Below are positions 1-10,528 of a DNA stretch of 50,894 bases, in pieces. The translations under genes and the position numbers were made by a program. How positions within the stretch are numbered: position 1 is the first letter of the stretch; each line of letters opens with the position of its first letter. The DNA comes from Actinomycetes bacterium. GTDB taxonomy: Bacteria; Actinomycetota; Actinomycetes; S36-B12. The DNA lies in the NCBI GenBank assembly GCA_965657825.1, contig CBFHQG010000004.1:1-50894 (forward strand), written 5' to 3'. Under the pieces are notes generated by a model. The model was given only the letters and a program-made list of their open reading frames with translations. It was not told the DNA's origin and searched no databases.

Positions 1-141
1 GCCCTGTACCCCGAAAGCGCCCTCGCGGACTCCGACGATGGTCAGTTCGCCACTTGGCGGAGTGGTGCGCCCGAGCGCGACCTCGACCCCCGCCTCATGA
101 GGACTGACCGGAGTCTGCGCACCCGTGGACTGATCGGTCAT
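1..141 (-). CDS. nuoC: NADH-quinone oxidoreductase subunit C, 5' end only (gene runs off the left edge)
   Basis: Minus-strand frame is open to the window edge. The ATG at 141-139 overlaps the nuoB stop (ATGA). Hand translation gives [47 protein letters not shown], which resembles actinobacterial NuoC N-termini, and the position fits nuoA-B-C order. Only 47 codons are visible. Confidence 0.65.
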   Translation of the reverse strand, partial: MTDQSTGAQTPVSPHEAGVEVALGRTTPPSGELTIVGVREGAFGVQG

Positions 142-692
142 CGCAGCAGACCTCGCATCTCCAGCGTGCTGGGGGCGATGAGGGCTTCAGCTTCGAGTCG
201 GTTCTGCTCGGCCACGGCGTTGGCACCGAGCCTGGTGTCCTGGATCTCGTCGTGCAGCTTCAAGATCGCGTCGATGAGCATCTCGGGGCGGGGCGGGCAG
301 CCGGGCAGGTAGATGTCGACCGGGACGACGTGATCGACGCCCTGCACGATCGCGTAGTTGTTGAACATCCCGCCGCTGGAGGCGCAGACCCCCATCGCGA
401 GAACCCACTTGGGAGCGGCCATCTGGTCGTAGATCTGACGCAGAACCGGTGCCATCTTCTGACTCACCCGACCCGCGACGATCATGAGGTCGGCCTGTCG
501 GGGCGACGCGCGGAACACCTCCATGCCGAACCGTGCGATGTCGTAACGCGGCCCACCGGTTGCCATCATCTCGATGGCGCAGCAGGCCAGACCGAAAGTC
601 GCCGGCCACAGTGACCCCTTGCGCGCGTACCCGGCGAACTTCTCCACCGTGGTGAGCAGGACTCCGGAGGGGAGTTTCTCTTCGAGGCCCAT
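138..692 (-). CDS. nuoB: NADH-quinone oxidoreductase subunit B
   Basis: The 184-aa ORF carries the Fe-S cluster N2 cysteine motifs [17 protein letters not shown] and LPGCPPRP. It lies directly downstream of nuoA. Confidence 0.95.
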   Translation of the reverse strand: MGLEEKLPSGVLLTTVEKFAGYARKGSLWPATFGLACCAIEMMATGGPRYDIARFGMEVFRASPRQADLMIVAGRVSQKMAPVLRQIYDQMAAPKWVLAMGVCASSGGMFNNYAIVQGVDHVVPVDIYLPGCPPRPEMLIDAILKLHDEIQDTRLGANAVAEQNRLEAEALIAPSTLEMRGLLR

Positions 693-785
693 CAGATCAC
701 GTCCTGTCGTCGATTCTCGGTGGCGCGCACGGCATTGCCGTCGTGCGGCGCCTCAGTCGTCGTTCGGTCGGGTCGCATCACGGTG

Positions 786-1145
786 TCAGTCCCAATCCAG
801 TCCGCCACGGCGCCACTCATACAGGTAGGGCACCGCGAGATTGACGAGGAACAGCATCATGGCGATGAACGCGAACAGCCCGAGCTGATCGAAAGCCACG
901 GCCCACGGGTAGAGGAACACGATCTCGATGTCGAAAATGATGAACATCATCGCGGTCAGGTAGTACTTCACCGGGAATCGTCCGCCGCCGATCGGTTGCG
1001 GTGTCGGTTCGATCCCGCACTCGTAGGCGTCGACCTTGGCGCGGTTGTAGCGCTTCGGCCCGGTGAAGCTGGTGAGGGTGACGCTGAACACCGCGAAGGC
1101 GGCCGCGAGGAGCCCGAGGATGAGGATCGGTGCGTAGACGTTCAC
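786..1145 (-). CDS. nuoA: NADH-quinone oxidoreductase subunit A
   Basis: 119-aa, three-TM protein with the typical NuoA core (YECGIEP, FPVKYYLTAMMFIIFDIEIVFLYPW). It is the first gene of the nuo operon. Confidence 0.93.
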   Translation of the reverse strand: MNVYAPILILGLLAAAFAVFSVTLTSFTGPKRYNRAKVDAYECGIEPTPQPIGGGRFPVKYYLTAMMFIIFDIEIVFLYPWAVAFDQLGLFAFIAMMLFLVNLAVPYLYEWRRGGLDWD

Positions 1146-1414
1146 CGAACCGCCACTCCTTCGCCGTCGACTGCACTGTCATCATGCCCGTCATACCGTG
1201 AGCGAGGGCGCCTGCACCGTGACGAAAGCGTGCTGCGATCGCTGCACCGTACCGGGGTCGACGTCCTCGTCGGGGAGTCTATCCGGGGCCGTGGACCCTC
1301 TCACCCCGGGCCAACCGACCCTCGGAACATGCGCAGGATCCGGGGAAGCGCCGCTTCAGGCGGGGTCTAGCGCACGGGTCAGGACCCGTGTCAGGGCGTC
1401 AGCCAGGACGGGAG

Positions 1415-2134
1415 TCAGGCGCCCGGTGCCGAAGCCGGGTTCACCGCCCGGTGCAGGGCCACGATCCCCCCGGTCAGGTTCATCCAGGCCACCCTCGACC
1501 AGCCGGCCGAGCCGATGACCTCAGCCAGTCTCGGCTGATCGGGCCAGGCTCGGATCGACTCGGCGAGGTAGACGTAGGCGTCGGGTTCGCTCGTGACCCG
1601 CCGGGCCACCGCGGGAAGCGCCTTCATGAGGTACTCGGTGTAGGCCACGCGGAATGCGGAAATGGTGGGGTGGGAGAACTCGCAGACCACCAGGCGTCCG
1701 CCAGGCCGGGTGACCCGACGCATCTCGGTGAGCGCCGCCCGGGGATCGGCGGTGTTGCGCAGCCCGAAGGAGATGGTGACCCCGTCGAACGCCCCGTCAG
1801 CGAAGGGCAGGCGCAGCGCATCACCGGCGACGAAGTCCAAGGAGGGGTCCCGGGTCGCCCCGACCCGCAGCATCCCCAGGGAGAAATCGCAGGGAACGAC
1901 CCGCGCCCCACGGCGGGCCAGGGGGCTGCTCGACGTCCCGGTTCCGGCCGCGAGGTCCAAGATCCGCTCCCCGGGGGCCGGATCGAGCGCGTGAACGACC
2001 GCCCGGCGCCACAGGCGCGTCTGCCCGAGGGCGAGGATGTCGTTGGTGAGGTCGTATCGACCGGCGACCTGGTCGAACATCGCCGCGACCTCCTCGGGGC
2101 GGCGGTCGAGGTCGGCGGCGGGCACGACACGCAT
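1415..2134 (-). CDS. menG: Demethylmenaquinone methyltransferase (UbiE/MenG class I SAM methyltransferase)
   Basis: Contains [25 protein letters not shown] and the SAM motif [10 protein letters not shown] chose the ATG at 2134 ([21 protein letters not shown]) because it matches the usual N-terminus. The ORF track extends to a GTG at 2206. Confidence 0.9.
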   Translation of the reverse strand: MRVVPAADLDRRPEEVAAMFDQVAGRYDLTNDILALGQTRLWRRAVVHALDPAPGERILDLAAGTGTSSSPLARRGARVVPCDFSLGMLRVGATRDPSLDFVAGDALRLPFADGAFDGVTISFGLRNTADPRAALTEMRRVTRPGGRLVVCEFSHPTISAFRVAYTEYLMKALPAVARRVTSEPDAYVYLAESIRAWPDQPRLAEVIGSAGWSRVAWMNLTGGIVALHRAVNPASAPGA

Positions 2135-2209
2135 CGTTCCACGACCGGGATCGCTCGGCGAGACGGCCTCGATCTGCCGGAGTCCGCTGGGCGCCGTACG
2201 CTTCACCGT

Positions 2210-3520
2210 GTGCCGCCTGTGACGCTGGCGCCCTCACCCGGCGCCGTACGCCTGAGGTCGCGCACTATCCCCCTCGACCTGCCCAGCCTGGATGGCTCCA
2301 CCGCACTCCTGGACCTCCTGCCATCCGAGGATGCCCTGGCCTGGGTCCGCCGCGGAGACGGCTTGGTCGCCTGGGGCGTGGCGGCGACCTGGGAATTCTC
2401 CGGCCAGGAACGCTTCAGTCGGGCCCAGCGTTGGTGGAACCGCTGGCTGGATGACGTCGATGTCGATGATCCGATCGGGCTGCCCGGTACCGGACCGATC
2501 GCGTTCGCGTCCTTCACCTTCGACCCGGACTCCTCGGGATCGACCGTCGTCGTGCCGCGGGTCGTCGTCGGACGACGCAACGGGCAGGCCTTCCTCACCG
2601 TGATCGACGACATCGCCGCCGACGCTGCCGGACGGCCTCATCCCACGGACCCCCTCGACCAGCTCACCCCGCGCATCCGCGCCCCCTACGATCCCGGCGA
2701 GATCGACTACGTCGATGGCTCCATCACCCCTGATGAGTGGATGGCCGCGGTGGCGTCGGTCATCGACCGCATTTCCCGCGGCGAGATCGACAAGGTCGTC
2801 CTGGCCCGAGACATCGAGGCCCGCCTGGAGCGTCCGGTCGATGTGGGGCACCTGCTGCACCGACTGGCCGAGGACTACCCCGAATGCTGGACCTTCAGCG
2901 TGGCAGGCATGGTCGGGGCGACTCCCGAGCTGCTCGTGCGGCGCACCGGTGGCGAGGTGACCTCCCGGGTGCTGGCAGGAACGGTGAAGCGACGTCGCGA
3001 TGAGTCCGAGGATGACAGCCTCGCCCAAGCCCTACTCGGCAGCGGCAAAGATCTGGAGGAGCACGAGTACGCGGTGCGTTCCGTCGCCCACGCCTTGGCC
3101 GCGCATTGCGCGGATCTGGACGTTCCCGGGCGCCCCCGGGTGCTGCGCCTGCCCAACGTCGCACATCTCGCCACGGATATCACCGGCCAGCTCGTCGACT
3201 CCGCATCCGTGCTGGCGCTAGCCGCATCCCTCCACCCCACAGCGGCGGTGTGCGGGACCCCCACCGAGCGGGCCTTCACTTTGATTCGCGACCTAGAGGG
3301 GATGGATCGCGGTCGTTATGCCGGTCCGGTCGGCTGGTGGGATGCCCGCGGTGATGGCGAGTTCGGCATCGCGTTGCGATGTGCGGAGATCGACCAGGAG
3401 GGCACCACCCTGCGCCTGTTCGCCGGTTGCGGGATCGTGGCCGGCTCCGATCCCCAGGCGGAACTCTCCGAGTCGCGGGCCAAGCTGGTCCCGGTGCGCG
3501 ATGCCCTCGCCCCCCGATAG
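2210..3520 (+). CDS. menF: Isochorismate synthase
   Basis: Chorismate-binding signatures [31 protein letters not shown] and [10 protein letters not shown]. The 710-aa track ORF (1388-3520) is over-extended antisense through menG. The GTG at 2210 (or 2219) gives the expected length of about 436 aa and a 75-bp divergent gap to menG. Confidence 0.87.
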   Translation: MPPVTLAPSPGAVRLRSRTIPLDLPSLDGSTALLDLLPSEDALAWVRRGDGLVAWGVAATWEFSGQERFSRAQRWWNRWLDDVDVDDPIGLPGTGPIAFASFTFDPDSSGSTVVVPRVVVGRRNGQAFLTVIDDIAADAAGRPHPTDPLDQLTPRIRAPYDPGEIDYVDGSITPDEWMAAVASVIDRISRGEIDKVVLARDIEARLERPVDVGHLLHRLAEDYPECWTFSVAGMVGATPELLVRRTGGEVTSRVLAGTVKRRRDESEDDSLAQALLGSGKDLEEHEYAVRSVAHALAAHCADLDVPGRPRVLRLPNVAHLATDITGQLVDSASVLALAASLHPTAAVCGTPTERAFTLIRDLEGMDRGRYAGPVGWWDARGDGEFGIALRCAEIDQEGTTLRLFAGCGIVAGSDPQAELSESRAKLVPVRDALAPR

Positions 3521-3556
3521 CCACCCCCTCACCTCGGCTGGATACCCACTGGTCCT

Positions 3557-3590
3557 CGACCAGACCTTCATGCCGTGACACGGCTGGTCG
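3557..3590 (+). terminator. Candidate stem-loop downstream of menF
   Basis: cgaccag (3557-3563) pairs with ctggtcg (3584-3590). An inner palindrome gccgtg-a-cacggc sits at 3572-3584. The structure is 37 nt after the menF stop and has no U-tract. Confidence 0.3.
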
Positions 3591-3623
3591 ACGGGGTCGC
3601 GTCGCAGGGCTAGATTCGCCGGT

Positions 3624-5360
3624 GTGAGCGATTCCCGCGACCGCATCCTGCAGGCCGCGGCCCGATTATTCGAAGATGACGGCATCGCCGCGGTATCCCG
3701 GCGAACCATCGCCGCAGCGGCCGATGTGTCGACCCGTTCGGTAACCGCGGTGGGCCGCGATCGGCAGCAGATCCTGGCCGAGGTGGTGGCGGGCCTGCCG
3801 TTCCCCCCGACCTCCCAGCGGATGCGCCAGCAGGCCCAGGAGGCAGCGGATGCACCGCTCGCCACGATCCTCACCGTCGCCCAGGACGCCTTCGGGGCCC
3901 CCGCTTCGGTATGGGATTCGCGGGAGTTGCAGGCGGTCGTACTCGCCCCGTTCGACGAGGACCTAGCCGATGTCGTCCGCGAACGGGTCGCGATGCGGTG
4001 GCAGGCTGCGGCGGCGGTGATCGGTCAACTACGGGGAGCGGGTGCTGTCGATGAGCGCATCGATGACGACGCGGCGACCTTGCACCTGCTCGCCGTCGGC
4101 GCTGGATTGGCGCTGCTCGAACCGATCGTGCCCCGGTCGACCGAGGCCAGCGCGTGGCTGGGATTGGTCGCCCGACTCCTGGAGTCCCTGGCCGCCGATG
4201 ACCCCCCGGGCCCGACCCACTCCGGTCGGCGACTGCCGTGGCGGGTGCGCATCGAAACCACGGGCAGTCCCGGCGCGACCGCGCGGGTGATGCGCGTACT
4301 GGCTCTGCTGCGCGCCGATGTGCTCACGATGTTCTCCCATGCGCTGTCCTCATCCGCCACGGCACCATCAGCGTCCGATACGGAGGGTGACGCAACCAGC
4401 GAGGCGAATACATCAGCGAACCGCCCACCTGCGCGCCCACGCAGCCAACTGCTCGACTTGATCATCGATGTGCCCGATGACATCGATCGGCGTGCACTGG
4501 AACACGCTCTCGCATCGGTGTCGCAACGCGTACTGGTCACGCCCGGCACAGCCGAGGACACCTCCGATGTCGTGACCCGGGTGCTCGATGGTGCAACAGG
4601 TCTGGCTGAGAACCCCGACGCCGCACCGCAGGCTGCCGCAGACCTGGTACTTGCCGACTCCTGGCAGGTGCTCCCCGCATCTGAGGGGCCAGACTCCTCC
4701 GCGGATGTGATGCGACTGCAGTGGACCCCTGACCTGCATGTCGTGCTCAGTCGTCCGGGCTCGCCGTTCGTCGCGGTGGAACGACTGCGCGCATCCGCGC
4801 TGTTGCGATTGGTCGACGCGCTCTCGCGCGCACCTGCCGGAAGCGGTGGGTTCGGCTGGCGCGAAACGGCGCGCGATGGCCAACCGGTCGCGATCCGGCT
4901 GGCCCGACCCTGGGATGCCGACAATGTTGCGGCGATGCACGATCGCTGTTCGGATGAATCACGGTACGAGCGGTATTTCGCACCGGTGTCGCAATGGCGC
5001 GAGGATCAACTTCGTCGACTCTCCGGTGGGCATCGGGGCGCAACCCTGGTCGCGATCAACGACGCCGGTGACATCGTCGGCCTGGGCAATGTCTTCCCCG
5101 AGCAGCCCGAAGGGCAACGCACCGCCGAGATCGCGGTCATCGTCGAGGACGCCTGGCAGGGGCAGGGGCTGGGCACATCGCTACTCCAACATCTCATTGC
5201 GCTCGCTCGACGCATGGAGTTCGAGGAGATCGCTGCTCTCGTCTTGGCCACCAACACGCGGATGATCCGGATGTTGGACAACACCGGCTTGACCTGGACG
5301 CAACGAACCGACGCCGACCTCGGGCCAACGATCGTGCGCATGACCGCACCTTTGCCCTGA
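3624..5360 (+). CDS. Multidomain protein: TetR-type HTH + ACT-like domain + Pat-type GNAT acetyltransferase
   Basis: Single uninterrupted 578-codon frame with a GTG start. The N-terminus RILQAAARLFEDDGIAAVSRRTIAAAADVS is TetR-like. Residues ~206-305 show an ACT-like beta-alpha-beta-beta-alpha-beta pattern. The C-terminus has SDESRYERYF and AEIAVIVEDAWQGQGLGTSLLQHL, typical of Pat/AcuA-type GNATs. Confidence 0.8.
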   Translation: MSDSRDRILQAAARLFEDDGIAAVSRRTIAAAADVSTRSVTAVGRDRQQILAEVVAGLPFPPTSQRMRQQAQEAADAPLATILTVAQDAFGAPASVWDSRELQAVVLAPFDEDLADVVRERVAMRWQAAAAVIGQLRGAGAVDERIDDDAATLHLLAVGAGLALLEPIVPRSTEASAWLGLVARLLESLAADDPPGPTHSGRRLPWRVRIETTGSPGATARVMRVLALLRADVLTMFSHALSSSATAPSASDTEGDATSEANTSANRPPARPRSQLLDLIIDVPDDIDRRALEHALASVSQRVLVTPGTAEDTSDVVTRVLDGATGLAENPDAAPQAAADLVLADSWQVLPASEGPDSSADVMRLQWTPDLHVVLSRPGSPFVAVERLRASALLRLVDALSRAPAGSGGFGWRETARDGQPVAIRLARPWDADNVAAMHDRCSDESRYERYFAPVSQWREDQLRRLSGGHRGATLVAINDAGDIVGLGNVFPEQPEGQRTAEIAVIVEDAWQGQGLGTSLLQHLIALARRMEFEEIAALVLATNTRMIRMLDNTGLTWTQRTDADLGPTIVRMTAPLP

Positions 5361-5404
5361 AGGTCCGGCGACATTCGCAGTGTGAGGGACTCTGCCTGAG
5401 AGAG

Positions 5405-7114
5405 TCAGTTGCCACCACCGGAAACATCACCGAGGAGCTTGACCTGGATACTCCGCGATGTCGTCGTCGCGATGATGATGTGCACCCCGGGATTCGCCCG
5501 CGACTCCTCCAGTGCTTCGCGCAGGTGTGCTGCGTCGGTTGCTTCGTGGCGGGTGATCCCGGGTGCGTCGAGCAGGTGGGTCAATCGCGCGCCGTGCGGG
5601 GTGCCGAAGACGCGCTCGTAATCGACGGCGAATTCAGGGGCTCCCTGCTCCAACTCACCGAAGATCCCACCACCGTCGTTGTCGATGACGACATAGACCA
5701 GGTGCGGATGGGGCTCACCCGGTGCGGCAAGGAGTCCGTTGCGGTCGTAGATCGCGGTCAGATCCCCCACGATCGCGATGGTGAAGGCATCTGTGCCGCC
5801 GGCGATTCCCCACGCCGTCGAGATCACACCATCGATTCCCGAGGTTCCGCGATTGGCGAACACCCGGGCGCGAGTCGGTCCGGCATACGTCGACACATGA
5901 CGCACCGGCCACGACGGTCCGACTACGAGATTGTCTGCATCCGTCAGCGTCGACACCACAGTGCGCACCACCTGCACACCGTCGAGTGCACCGGGGGTGT
6001 CCGCGGGCCAGGCCGCAGCGACTCGTTGCGCCTGCCTGTCATCAGCTTCTCGCCAGGCTGACAGCCACATCGGGTCGGGTGCGACCTGGAGCATCGTGAA
6101 TAGTTCCGCGAGCGAATCCAGGACTGTGTGCGCGGAACGCAGCGGATCGCAGGCATATCCGGCCGGCCGCGGATCGACCACCAGATGCTGCTCCGCCTGC
6201 CGGATGATGCGCATTACCCCGCGATGAAGTCCGACACGACCGATTGTGATGACGACGTCGGGCTGGTGCCCGGAGAGGAACGCACCATCGTCTGCCACCA
6301 GCGGGCCATGGCGCAGTGCGTGAGTCAGCATCGAGGCGTTGCCCGATGGTTCATTGATGATCGGCCAGCCGGTGCACATCGCAAGATCCTCGATGAGCGC
6401 AGGATCAGCTGCCGAATCACCGAAGCCGGCCGTATCCCCGACGATGATCACCCCGCGCGGTGATGTCACCACGCCACTGACGTGTGGATCGACCGAGTCG
6501 GTCCCCGATGGTGAGTGCGTTCCTGCCGGCTGCGCCACCGAGATAATCGATCGTGCGATCTGCGCGACGGTTTCCGCGGAAACAAGCGGTTCCTCGAGGG
6601 CGATATTCAGGTGAACCGGGCCGGGGTGGCGAGTATCGGTTGCGGCTGCGATCGCCGTGGCCACAGCGGTTGCATCCGCGGCGGCATCGGGAGAGGTGAG
6701 ATCGAGGGCGAATCGGCACTCCCCACCGAACAGTTCCGCCTGTTCGATGGTCTGGTTCGCCCCCACACCCCGTAGGCGCGGTGGTCGGTCTGCGGTGATC
6801 GCGATCAGCGGAACACCCCCATACGAGGCCTCGACGACCGCCGGGTGCAGATTCACCGCCGCTGTGCCCGATGTGGTGATCACCGCGACCGGCGTATCGG
6901 AACCCTTCGCCAAACCCAGGGCGAGGTATCCGGCGGATCGTTCATCGATGCGCACGTGCAACCGGATGCGACCTTCGCGCTCAGCGGCAGCGACCGCAAG
7001 CGCAAGGGGGGCCGATCGGGAGCCCGGCGCCAGTACGACGTCCTTCACCCCGGCCGCACAGAGCGCTTCGATGACGGTCGCACCGCGCAGCATCGAGGAG
7101 TCGTTGGACATCAC
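5405..7114 (-). CDS. menD: 2-succinyl-5-enolpyruvyl-6-hydroxy-3-cyclohexene-1-carboxylate (SEPHCHC) synthase
   Basis: 569-aa ThDP enzyme with APGSRSAPLA, TSGTAAVNL, GDLTAIYDRNGL and VIDNDGGGIF. Its start overlaps the menC stop (ATGA). Confidence 0.95.
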   Translation of the reverse strand: MMSNDSSMLRGATVIEALCAAGVKDVVLAPGSRSAPLALAVAAAEREGRIRLHVRIDERSAGYLALGLAKGSDTPVAVITTSGTAAVNLHPAVVEASYGGVPLIAITADRPPRLRGVGANQTIEQAELFGGECRFALDLTSPDAAADATAVATAIAAATDTRHPGPVHLNIALEEPLVSAETVAQIARSIISVAQPAGTHSPSGTDSVDPHVSGVVTSPRGVIIVGDTAGFGDSAADPALIEDLAMCTGWPIINEPSGNASMLTHALRHGPLVADDGAFLSGHQPDVVITIGRVGLHRGVMRIIRQAEQHLVVDPRPAGYACDPLRSAHTVLDSLAELFTMLQVAPDPMWLSAWREADDRQAQRVAAAWPADTPGALDGVQVVRTVVSTLTDADNLVVGPSWPVRHVSTYAGPTRARVFANRGTSGIDGVISTAWGIAGGTDAFTIAIVGDLTAIYDRNGLLAAPGEPHPHLVYVVIDNDGGGIFGELEQGAPEFAVDYERVFGTPHGARLTHLLDAPGITRHEATDAAHLREALEESRANPGVHIIIATTTSRSIQVKLLGDVSGGGN

Positions 7115-8151
7115 ACACCGCCTGCGATCGCCTGCTCGACGAGTTCAGCCCCGCCTGAATGCCAGGCCTCGACCGCACGTTCGCGCCAGTACCGAGCCTG
7201 ATCATCATCGAGTCGACCACGTGCTCGCATCAACGCATCGAGGTCCGGGCTCACCCGCTGCACCTCGAGCATGCCTTCGACCGGCACGAGCGGTGTGGAC
7301 ACGACGTCCTCGGCCAGGAGCGCACCCGTGCCCAGTCCGCAGGCACTCCGAGCGCGTGGCAGTGCCGCGGCGAGCGCGACTCCTGCCGCCAAACCCACCG
7401 ATGAGTCCAATGCTCCGGACACCACGACCTCGCCCGGCCAGTCCGCCACCAGACGCAATCCCGCACGCACACCGCCGATCGGGCCCACCTTGACGATGAC
7501 GACATCGGCGATCGATTCGAGTTCGCTCATGGCGACTCCCCCGATACGCACCGACTCATCCACCGCGATCCGCACCTCGACCTGCTCGCGCAGGCGCTGC
7601 AGATCCTGGAGTTCGGCGCAGGGCTGCTCGACGTAGTCGATGTCATAGGCGACCAGGCGGCCCAGCGCTCGGGTGGCATCCTCCAGGGTCCAACCCGCGT
7701 TGGCGTCCAACCGGATCCTGCCGCGACTCTCGCGGCCGACGCCTCGCATCGCGACATCGATGGCGTCGCGCACGGAAGCCACCCGCGCCTCATCTTCTGC
7801 CAGGGTTTCACCAACTGCCGCGACCTTGACCTTGATCGTCGTGCAGCCGTGATCGAGCACCGCGGAGCGCGCCATCGCTGCAGCATCATCGGCATTAACT
7901 GCGGGGATGATCGCGTTAACAGGCACTTGTGTGCGCTGTGGCTGCGGCCATGTTCCGAATGCTGCTTCGGCGGCCGCGGCCAGCCACGGAGCTGCCTGCT
8001 GCGAGGTGTAGTCCGCGAACGGGGCGAACTCCCCCCACCCACTCGGGCCGCGGATCAGCAGGCCCTCGCGCACCTGCACTCCCCGGAACGATCGCGTGAG
8101 CGGCAGCGCGAAGGGCACCGCATCATGCAGCAGATCCGCGAGTTCGGGCAT
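7111..8151 (-). CDS. menC: o-Succinylbenzoate synthase (enolase superfamily)
   Basis: Contains GWGEFAPF, TTIKVKV, RLDANAGW, YVEQPC and IAVDES. The ATG at 8151 (MPELADLLHDAVPF) lies just downstream of the menB stop at 8210. The track ORF to 8349 would overlap menB. Confidence 0.88.
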   Translation of the reverse strand: MPELADLLHDAVPFALPLTRSFRGVQVREGLLIRGPSGWGEFAPFADYTSQQAAPWLAAAAEAAFGTWPQPQRTQVPVNAIIPAVNADDAAAMARSAVLDHGCTTIKVKVAAVGETLAEDEARVASVRDAIDVAMRGVGRESRGRIRLDANAGWTLEDATRALGRLVAYDIDYVEQPCAELQDLQRLREQVEVRIAVDESVRIGGVAMSELESIADVVIVKVGPIGGVRAGLRLVADWPGEVVVSGALDSSVGLAAGVALAAALPRARSACGLGTGALLAEDVVSTPLVPVEGMLEVQRVSPDLDALMRARGRLDDDQARYWRERAVEAWHSGGAELVEQAIAGGV

Positions 8152-8209
8152 GGTCGATGGCACCGTCGATGTCACTCGCTCCGGTGACCGACCGTTACCG
8201 ATGTCACGT

Positions 8210-9175
8210 TCACGGTCGTCGAGGGAACTGGCCGAAGTCGGGGGTGCGGCGCTGGGCGTAGGCGTCTCGGCCTTCCTGTGCCTCCTCCGACATGTAGAAC
8301 AGCAAGGTCGCATCCCCGGCAAGTTGCTGGACCCCGGCGAGCCCGTCATCAGCCGCGTTGTGCGAGGCCTTGAGCATGCGCAGGGCGAGGGGCGACAGGC
8401 TCAGCATCCGCTTGGCCCAGCGCACCGTCTCCTTCTCCAGGTCCGGAAGCGGAACCGCCGCGTTGGCCAAGCCCCAGTCATAGGCCTGCTCGGCACCGTA
8501 CTGCTCGCACATCATCCACACCTCGCGCGAGCGCTTCTGCCCGATCGTGCGGGCCAGCAACCCCGAGCCGTAGCCGCCGTCGAAGGAACCGACCTTGGGG
8601 CCGGTCTGCCCGAACCGAGCGTTGTGCGCGGCGATGGTCAGATCGCACACCACGTGCAGCACATGACCGCCACCGATCGCATAGCCGGCCACCATCGCCA
8701 CAACCGGTTTCGGTGTGCGCCGGATCTGAATCTGCAGGTCGAGCACATTCAGCCGACCGATGCCCTTGCGCGCCACATCGTCATCACCGATATAGCCGTC
8801 ATCCCCGCGGATCATCTGATCGCCGCCTGAGCAGAATGCCCAGTCACCCTGTCCGGTGAGGATGATCACACCGATCCGGTCATCGTCACGCGCCCGGTTC
8901 ATCGCATCAGACAACTCGAACAATGTCTGGGGTCGGAATGCGTTGCGCTTATGCGGTCGGTTGATCGTCAGTTTCGCGATACCGGCGGCGTCACCGGTGG
9001 AGACCTCGTAGCGGATATCGGTGTAGTCACCCTCGCTACTCCATTCGCATCCGGGCACGATGCTGGAGTAGGCCGGATCGGTGAAGGCAGGGCTGCTCTC
9101 CTCGACGACCGGGGGCAGGGGGTATCGCGTACGCGAATCGAAGGGCTGACCGGCGGTCGGTGACTCGTTCGTCAT
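8210..9175 (-). CDS. menB: 1,4-dihydroxy-2-naphthoyl-CoA synthase
   Basis: Crotonase-fold motifs [18 protein letters not shown] and [19 protein letters not shown] chose the ATG at 9175 ([10 protein letters not shown]). The upstream extension is Arg-rich and unlike MenB. Confidence 0.95.
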   Translation of the reverse strand: MTNESPTAGQPFDSRTRYPLPPVVEESSPAFTDPAYSSIVPGCEWSSEGDYTDIRYEVSTGDAAGIAKLTINRPHKRNAFRPQTLFELSDAMNRARDDDRIGVIILTGQGDWAFCSGGDQMIRGDDGYIGDDDVARKGIGRLNVLDLQIQIRRTPKPVVAMVAGYAIGGGHVLHVVCDLTIAAHNARFGQTGPKVGSFDGGYGSGLLARTIGQKRSREVWMMCEQYGAEQAYDWGLANAAVPLPDLEKETVRWAKRMLSLSPLALRMLKASHNAADDGLAGVQQLAGDATLLFYMSEEAQEGRDAYAQRRTPDFGQFPRRP

Positions 9176-9260
9176 GGGATCTGTGCGGACCTCTCGACTT
9201 CGAATGCGCCGCGGGGCGCGGCGCCTGCGGTCCAACCTAGTCAGGCCTACGCTCATCGGC

Positions 9261-10520
9261 ATGCCCGCACCCGTGCCACCCGGTGAGCCCGTGCCGGTCT
9301 CCCACGCCGTCGACCTGGTCGAGGTACCGCGGGGGGCCCCCGGTGTCGAGGTCGCCCGTCAGGTGATCTCATCCCTACTCGCGGCAGGGCACGAGGGGGG
9401 CCAGCGCGCCGTTGCCCTCATCGCGGATGCAGCGGTAGCCGGACCGCTACTGCACCCGGAGGAACCTCTCGAGGATCCGCGTACCGCGCTGATCCTGCTG
9501 ACCAGTGGCTCGACCGGCGACCCCAAGGGGGTGTGCTGGTCACGAGAGAACCTGCTCTCGATGTCTTCGATGTGGCGCAGTCGATACCCCGACCTGATCG
9601 ATGCCCCCCGGGTGGCTGCTCTCCCCGTGACCAGCGCCGGTGGTCTCGGTCTGGTGATCCGTGCCGTTCTCGATTCATCCCCCCTCGTCGCAGTGCCCAC
9701 GATCGGCGGGGCAGGCCGATTCGACCCCGAGGTGTTCGCCGACACCGTGCGACCCTGGGCGGATACCGGACCCGTCGTCTCACTGGTGCCCACTCAGCTT
9801 GCTGTGCTCATGCAGCACTCTGCCGGCCGTCAAGCTCTGCGCGTGATGCGCCGGGTGTTCCTCGGCGGTGCTGCCGCACCGACACGACTCCTCAGCGATG
9901 CCAGAGATCTCGGCATCGACCTTGTCACGACCTATGGGATGACCGAGACCTGCGGGGGATGCGTCCATGACGGTGCACCCCTCGACGGGGTCGATGTCAG
10001 CGTCGACTCCGGGGGTCGCATCCATCTGGCCGGCCCGATGTGCGCACTGGGCTACCGGCTCCGACCGGAGGAGACTGCCGCAGCCTTCACGGGGACATCC
10101 TTCGCGACCGGGGACGTCGGGGCCTGGGACGGCCAACTGTTGAACGTCGTGGGTCGTATCGACGACATCGTGCAGGTGCGTGGGACCAATGTCGCTCTCG
10201 GTGCCGTCGAGCGCACCATCATCGACTCGGGTCTCGCTCGCGAGGCGGTCGCCTTCGCCGTTGACGACGACGTGGATGGACACCGGATCATCGCCCTCGT
10301 CGTCCCCGATACCGAACACGGTGCGTCGGAGGAATGGGTGGCGGCCATCCGATCCGCAGTGCGTCAGCGTCTTGGCTCCCCCGCAGTCCCCGCCTCGATC
10401 CGACCCGTGTCGGTGCTGCCGTATCTCCCAGGTGGCAAGATCGATCGCCGGTCCGCACGCAGCATGCTGGCCGGTGAAACCGATCGCGAGATCCGAAGCA
10501 TCGACGACGAAGGGATCTGA
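9261..10520 (+). CDS. menE: o-Succinylbenzoate-CoA ligase (AMP-binding family)
   Basis: AMP-binding motifs [24 protein letters not shown] and a C-terminal GKIDRR. It is divergent from menB and sits immediately upstream of menA. I chose the ATG at 9261; the track ORF starts at 9174 inside the menB start region. Confidence 0.85.
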   Translation: MPAPVPPGEPVPVSHAVDLVEVPRGAPGVEVARQVISSLLAAGHEGGQRAVALIADAAVAGPLLHPEEPLEDPRTALILLTSGSTGDPKGVCWSRENLLSMSSMWRSRYPDLIDAPRVAALPVTSAGGLGLVIRAVLDSSPLVAVPTIGGAGRFDPEVFADTVRPWADTGPVVSLVPTQLAVLMQHSAGRQALRVMRRVFLGGAAAPTRLLSDARDLGIDLVTTYGMTETCGGCVHDGAPLDGVDVSVDSGGRIHLAGPMCALGYRLRPEETAAAFTGTSFATGDVGAWDGQLLNVVGRIDDIVQVRGTNVALGAVERTIIDSGLAREAVAFAVDDDVDGHRIIALVVPDTEHGASEEWVAAIRSAVRQRLGSPAVPASIRPVSVLPYLPGGKIDRRSARSMLAGETDREIRSIDDEGI

Positions 10521-10528
10521 CCAGAGCC

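Noticed and set aside
1388-2209. N-terminal 274 codons of the 710-aa plus-strand ORF (1388-3520) that contains menF
   Set aside because: This part is antisense to the well-supported menG gene, is Arg/Gly/Pro-rich, and has no MenF similarity. MenF homology begins near 2210. It is a typical high-GC open-frame extension.
8096-8830. 244-aa plus-strand ORF, plus the N-terminal extensions of the menC (to 8349) and menB (to 9262) track ORFs
   Set aside because: The plus ORF is antisense to menB. The extensions overlap neighbouring genes, are Arg/Pro-rich, and precede the homology-supported ATG starts at 8151 and 9175.
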